A stretch of 64,000 nucleotides of DNA from NCBI RefSeq assembly GCF_965240435.1, contig NZ_CBDEKO010000003.1. One strand, given 5' to 3'. Source of the DNA: Moorena producens (GTDB lineage Bacteria > Cyanobacteriota > Cyanobacteriia > Cyanobacteriales > Coleofasciculaceae). Below are positions 59,745-64,000 of the stretch, piece after piece (the stretch's first letter is position 1; the number at the start of each line of letters is the position of its first letter). Below the pieces are notes generated by a model. That model had not been told where the DNA came from, searched no databases, and was given only the letters and a program-made list of their open reading frames with translations. The translations under genes were made by a program, and so were the position numbers.

Positions 59745-60090
59745 TTTACCGCCAAATTGGCGCGACAAGTGAGACAAATTCAAGTAAGAGCGGTAGGATT
59801 AAAGTAACAACAACCAAGGGGTTGTTAGTTACCTACCTAACTGAATCAAGTGTCGAGCTAAAGTTTCCGCCAAATTGGCGTGACAAGTGAGACAAATTCA
59901 AGTAAGAGCGGTAGGATTAAAGTAACAACAACAAAAACCAAGTTGTTGTTAGCTACCTACCTAACTGAATTAACAACTTTCCGCCAAATTGGCGTGACAA
60001 GTGAAACAAATTAAAGTAAGAGCGGTAGGATTAAAGTAACAACAACAAAAACCAAGTTGTTGAGCAACAAAAAAACTAACCAAAGAGCAG
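59745..60090. repeat. three tandem ~110-bp promoter-like units (each with CGCCAAATTGGCG then gacaagtgagacaaattcaagtaagagcggtaggattaaagtaacaacaac); only the last precedes an ORF
   Basis: Motif instances at 59750-59762, 59868-59880 and 59982-59994. The same unit precedes B1-B4 at 60495, 61002 and 61522. Confidence 0.8.
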
Positions 60091-60097
60091 ACCAACC

Positions 60098-60391
60098 ATG
60101 ATTATTTCTGACCTAAATCACATCGAAGTTGTTAACGAAGAAACTAACATCATTGGCGCCGGATTCAGGGGAAGTGTATACTTCAAAGATCGCAAGTTCA
60201 TTAATATCAATAAAAGAGTAAATATCAAAGAGCGCTTTGAGTCAATTGTGAAGGTTAAGGGCAACGCCGCTACTGCTGAAGCTACTGCTGATGCCAAAGG
60301 TAAGGATAGTCTGGCTGAAACCATTACTGACGCTCAAGCCAATTCCTACGGCTCCTCTGCAATTTCTCTTTCTGTGGCTTTTGTCAACTAA
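60098..60391 (+). CDS. double-glycine-leader secreted protein B1
   Basis: Leader MIISDLNHIEVVNEETNIIGAG. Core FRGSVYFKDRKFININKRVNIKERFESIVKVKGNAATAEATADAKGKDSLAETITDAQANSYGSSAISLSVAFVN. Confidence 0.7.
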   Translation: MIISDLNHIEVVNEETNIIGAGFRGSVYFKDRKFININKRVNIKERFESIVKVKGNAATAEATADAKGKDSLAETITDAQANSYGSSAISLSVAFVN

Positions 60392-60494
60392 TCTTAGTAG
60401 GGACTAAATCTTAGTAGGGACTAAATCGTATTTCCTACTAAGATTGCTGGGAGTAAGAATTTTTTTTGCCACCTACCAAACTTAATCAAGTTTC

Positions 60495-60507
60495 CGCCAA
60501 ATTGGCG
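60495..60507. promoter_or_regulatory. CGCCAAATTGGCG motif upstream of B2
   Basis: tttccgccaaattggcgtgacaagtgaaacaaattgacttaagaacggtagaataaaagt. Confidence 0.5.
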
Positions 60508-60604
60508 TGACAAGTGAAACAAATTGACTTAAGAACGGTAGAATAAAAGTAACAACAACCAAGTTGTTAAGTTAAAACAAAACTAACCAAAGAGCAGACC
60601 AACC

Positions 60605-60898
60605 ATGATTATTTCTGACCTAAATCACATCGAAGTTGTTAACGAAGAAACCAACATCGTTGGTGCCGGATTCAGGGGAAGTGTATACTTCAAAGATCGC
60701 AAGTTCATTAATATCAATAAAAGAGTAAATATCAAAGAGCGCTTTGAGTCAATTGTGAAGGTTAAGGGCAACGCCGCTACTGCTGAAGCTACTGCTGATG
60801 CCAAAGGTAAGGATAGTCTGGCTGAAACCATTACTGACGCTCAAGCCAATTCCTACGGCTCCTCTGCAATTTCTCTTTCTGTGGCTTTTGTCAACTAA
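60605..60898 (+). CDS. double-glycine-leader secreted protein B2 (near-identical tandem copy)
   Basis: Differs from B1 by one residue in the leader. The unit is 507 bp. Confidence 0.7.
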   Translation: MIISDLNHIEVVNEETNIVGAGFRGSVYFKDRKFININKRVNIKERFESIVKVKGNAATAEATADAKGKDSLAETITDAQANSYGSSAISLSVAFVN

Positions 60899-61001
60899 TC
60901 TTAGTAGGGACTAAATCTTAGTAGGGACTAAATCGTATTTCCTACTAAGATTGCTGGGAGTAAGAATTTTTTTTGCCACCTACCAAACTTAATCAAGTTT
61001 C

Positions 61002-61014
61002 CGCCAAATTGGCG
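61002..61014. promoter_or_regulatory. CGCCAAATTGGCG motif upstream of B3
   Basis: identical to the 60495 unit. Confidence 0.5.
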
Positions 61015-61111
61015 TGACAAGTGAAACAAATTGACTTAAGAACGGTAGAATAAAAGTAACAACAACCAAGTTGTTAAGTTAAAACAAAACTAACCAAAGA
61101 GCAGACCAACC

Positions 61112-61405
61112 ATGATTATTTCTGACCTAAATCACATCGAAGTTGTTAACGAAGAAACCAACATCGTTGGTGCCGGATTCAGGGGAAGTGTATACTTCAA
61201 AGATCGCAAGTTCATTAATATCAATAAAAGAGTAAATATCAAAGAGCGCTTTGAGTCAATTGTGAAGGTTAAGGGCAACGCCGCTACTGCTGAAGCTACT
61301 GCTGATGCCAAAGGTAAGGATAGTTTGGCTGAAACCATTACTGACGCTCAAGCCAATTCCCACGGCTCTTCCGCAATTTCTCTTTCTGTAGCTTTTGTGA
61401 ACTAA
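61112..61405 (+). CDS. double-glycine-leader secreted protein B3
   Basis: Identical to B2 except Y to H near the C-terminus. Confidence 0.7.
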   Translation: MIISDLNHIEVVNEETNIVGAGFRGSVYFKDRKFININKRVNIKERFESIVKVKGNAATAEATADAKGKDSLAETITDAQANSHGSSAISLSVAFVN

Positions 61406-61521
61406 TCTTAGTAGGAGCTAAATAGTAGTAGGAACTAAACCCTATTCCCTACTAATATTTCTGGGAGTAAGCATTTGTTTAGCCACCTACCTAAGCCAAC
61501 TACCTAACTTAATCAAGTTTC

Positions 61522-61534
61522 CGCCAAATTGGCG
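61522..61534. promoter_or_regulatory. CGCCAAATTGGCG motif upstream of B4
   Basis: tttccgccaaattggcgtgacaagtgaaacaaattgacttaagagcggtag. Confidence 0.5.
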
Positions 61535-61630
61535 TGACAAGTGAAACAAATTGACTTAAGAGCGGTAGACTAAAACTAACAACAACCAAGTTGTTGAGTA
61601 ACACCAAACTAACCAAAGAGCAGACCAACC

Positions 61631-61924
61631 ATGATTATTTCTGACCTAAATCACATCGAAGTTGTTAACGAAGAAACCAACATCGTTGGCGCGGGATTTA
61701 ATACAAGTGTAAGGTTCAAAGATCGCAAGTTCATTAATATCAATAAAAGGGTCAATATCAAAGAGCGCTTTGAGTCTATTGTGAAGGTTAAAGGCAACGC
61801 GGCTACTGCTGAAGCTACCGCTGATGCCAAAGGTAAGGATAGTCTGGCTGAAACCATTACTGACGCTCAAGCTAATTCCTACGGCTCTTCCGCAATTTCT
61901 CTTTCTGTAGCTTTTGTGAACTAA
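61631..61924 (+). CDS. double-glycine-leader secreted protein B4 (diverged copy)
   Basis: GFRGSVYFKD is changed to GFNTSVRFKD; the rest is conserved. Confidence 0.7.
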   Translation: MIISDLNHIEVVNEETNIVGAGFNTSVRFKDRKFININKRVNIKERFESIVKVKGNAATAEATADAKGKDSLAETITDAQANSYGSSAISLSVAFVN

Positions 61925-62313
61925 TCTTAGTAGGGACTAATCGTAGTACCTGATCAAATTGCTGGGGGTAAGCATTTATATCTAGGATAAATTCATCTCT
62001 AGATTTAGTGGCCAATGCTTCCCCCTTAGTTAAGGCCAATAGAAAGACGAAATTTGGGAACAATTCCAATTAACTGGGTGGATACAAGGAAAAGGTAACG
62101 GAGAACCTGGAACACAAAGGAAGGGTTTTTGTAGCGTTAGTTGACTTAAAATTATCAGTTAACAAAAACTAGTCATACCCAGGTAGTTTAAAATTTAGTT
62201 TTAAATTAGATATTTTGGGATAGGAACACCATTTTTATTGAAAAAGGAATGTGATGCTTATCCATCTTTATCATCAATCTAACAGGCAAAGCTATACAGG
62301 TAGAGGTTGATTA

Positions 62314-62616
62314 ATGATTATTAATAACCTAGATTTTTCTCGGGAACATGTTCAGGCAAACTGGATTATAGGCGGTCGAATTGCTCGGGCAAATACCAGA
62401 ACACTTGCTAGAGCTGACGTGGCATTATCCGACGCTGATGCATTCGCTTTTGGCAATCGAGCCTCAGCAGTGACTGATACTGATTCAAGAGTAATAAATA
62501 GCAGGTTTTCTAAGAAGAGCATCGCCAGGGCAAGTGCTGATGCTGAGTCTAGGACTAGGAAAGGGGTTTTCCGAGCTAAGTCTGACAGTATATCTTTGTT
62601 TTTCAGTAGATCATAG
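62314..62616 (+). CDS. double-glycine-leader secreted protein B5 (distinct Arg/Ala/Asp-rich core)
   Basis: Leader MIINNLDFSREHVQANWIIGG. Core ...SDADAFAFGNRASAVTDTDSRV... shares the A.AFG motif with A4-A6. Confidence 0.55.
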   Translation: MIINNLDFSREHVQANWIIGGRIARANTRTLARADVALSDADAFAFGNRASAVTDTDSRVINSRFSKKSIARASADAESRTRKGVFRAKSDSISLFFSRS

Positions 62617-63036
62617 ATAATACCGATTTTGGGAAATCCGGCGATAAATCAATAAAGGATTTCGGTAATTTTCGGTAATAGGTAAGGGAGACTAGGGGAT
62701 GGGCAATGGTAACTAAAGTTTTTTTCGCCTACTACCTAGCCCCTAGCTTGATAATGAGGAGGGAATCGAATTAGGAATGAAGGGGAAAAGATGTTCATTC
62801 CTGTTTTAGGTTGAGCCTAAACTCCCTAAACTCATTGGCATAGTTTTGGAATAGAGGAATTATAGAGGAATTTTTGTTGATAGTTAACAGTTGATGCTTG
62901 GTAGAGATAAGGCGTGTCGGTACGGCAGTAGAACAGTTAACGGTCAACACTCAATACTCAACACTTAACACTCCACAAACCAGGTTCAACAGGTGCAGCT
63001 TAAGGGTAACACACGGCTTATAGCCGATTCAGAACC

Positions 63037-64000
63037 ATGTTTGATTTAAACAAAACTTTCATCAGAACAAGAAGCTATACATTTCCTCGTTTGAGCCGAA
63101 TTGCAGAGAGGCTGAAAGAAAGGTTCACAAAGCCCATCACACAGAGCATCACAGACAGCATCCCAGACAGCATCCCAGACAGCATCACACACAGCATCCC
63201 AGAGAACCGTAGTGTAATTACTAGTTCAACTGCGACTACAAACAATTCTGCCAAAACCATCAGAAACAATAGCCTCACTATCAATGGTAACGATCGTAGT
63301 AGGATAATAACTAACGACTCACAAACAAATAGCAGTTCATGGACTAATCGCTGGAGTTCAAGCAGTAGCGATCGCTTAATCAGTGGTGTGAGGGCAGGTG
63401 TAGGCTCCAACGTGATGAGCATCACTACTATTAATGGCAATAGCACAGTGCGGGGTACTCAAGGCAATGATGAACTAACTGGGGGAGATGGGGATGATGT
63501 CCTGATTGGTGGCTTTGGTACCGATACAGTCACAGGGGGCAACGGTAGCGATACATTTGTGCTGGGATTGGAAACAACTAGTCCTATCACTGACCCCTCT
63601 CTAGCTGATGTAATCACTGATTTCAATGCTGCTGAGGGTGACAAGATTAGTTTAACTGGGGGACTATCTGGGGAGGACATCCTACTAGAGGTATTTGATA
63701 GCAATGGTGATAGCACAGCTGATGGGACTTTAGTAAAGCTAGCATCCTCTCCTGACAACGGTATCCTAGCACTAGTCCAAGGAACAGTTAATGCTCAGGG
63801 TGAGACTACTCTAACCAGTGCTGATTTCATCACGACCTACGACAACACTATCATTGGTACTGAAGGGGATGACGAACTAGTCGGTGACAACAGCAACGAC
63901 CAAATTCAGGGACTGCAAGGCAATGATCAGATTTCCGGAGAAGCAGGGGATGACCTCCTGAAAGGAAACCAAGGTAACGATAGTATTAATGGCAAGGATG
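63037..64000 (+). CDS. RTX calcium-binding repeat protein, 3' partial (runs off window end)
   Basis: My own translation in the frame of the ATG at 63037: MFDLNKTF...ITDSIPDSIPDSITHSIP...GTQGNDELTGGDGDDVLIGGFGTDTVTGGNGSDTFVLG...GTEGDDELVGDNSNDQIQGLQGNDQISGEAGDDLLKGNQGNDSINGKD. No stop before 64000. The minus-strand ORFs listed at 63075-63758 are shadows of this gene. Confidence 0.6.
   Translation, partial: MFDLNKTFIRTRSYTFPRLSRIAERLKERFTKPITQSITDSIPDSIPDSITHSIPENRSVITSSTATTNNSAKTIRNNSLTINGNDRSRIITNDSQTNSSSWTNRWSSSSSDRLISGVRAGVGSNVMSITTINGNSTVRGTQGNDELTGGDGDDVLIGGFGTDTVTGGNGSDTFVLGLETTSPITDPSLADVITDFNAAEGDKISLTGGLSGEDILLEVFDSNGDSTADGTLVKLASSPDNGILALVQGTVNAQGETTLTSADFITTYDNTIIGTEGDDELVGDNSNDQIQGLQGNDQISGEAGDDLLKGNQGNDSINGKD

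Noticed and set aside
60118-61870. Minus-strand 68-74-aa ORFs inside B1-B4
   Set aside because: They are shadow ORFs of the + strand genes.
63075-63758. Two minus-strand ORFs (123 and 99 aa)
   Set aside because: They overlap a + strand frame that encodes canonical RTX GGxGxD repeats without stops to the window end, so the + frame is preferred.

Overview
This 64-kb window looks cyanobacterial: HIP1 octamers (GCGATCGC) are frequent, tandem heptanucleotide repeats fill most intergenic gaps, and there is a Tab2-family gene. The repeat style resembles large filamentous, Moorea/Microcoleus-like genomes. The window splits into three parts. (1) 1-9.2 kb is an accessory region. It holds two tandem NACHT-NTPase/HEAT-repeat (NLR-like) paralogs that share an unrecognised ~145-aa N-terminal domain. 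The first copy is degenerate there, with a nonsense mutation, an insertion and a frameshift. Each gene is followed by a copy of the same hairpin element, in opposite orientation. An Rpn/PD-(D/E)XK putative transposase bracketed by direct repeats sits downstream. (2) 9.5-32 kb holds mostly housekeeping genes: a ClC channel fused to CBS and USP domains, TldD/PmbA, Tab2, an NTF2-like protein, Dps, tRNA-Ser(UGA), a metallophosphoesterase, a Ser/Thr kinase, TrxA, a serine-recombinase remnant, a CBS protein and PsiE-like. It also contains an orphan double-glycine-leader, Ser/Lys-rich precursor gene followed by an APH-like kinase and an unknown 401-aa protein, which is a candidate split dehydratase for a RiPP. 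(3) 32-64 kb is the most notable part. It carries two paralogous secretion cassettes of HetP-like, then a HetC-like exporter (cNMP-binding-like domain, C39 peptidase and ABC transporter), then HlyD, then HetP-like. Each cassette is followed by an array of tandemly duplicated genes for ~90-110-aa Cys-free proteins with a short ColV-type double-glycine leader (MIISDLNHLE...GG): 6 genes after cassette 1 and 5 after cassette 2. Between the cassettes lie a PpiC-type isomerase and three paralogous RTX calcium-binding proteins, one of which carries a C-type lectin domain with an EPN motif; a further RTX gene runs off the window end. A quasi-palindromic motif cGCCAA-N-TTGGCg occurs at least 15 times in this window, including ~75-100 bp upstream of the first four array-A GG-peptide genes, four array-B genes and two RTX genes, and within the hetC/hlyD intergenic region. 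This suggests a single regulon. No CRISPR array or rRNA gene was seen.
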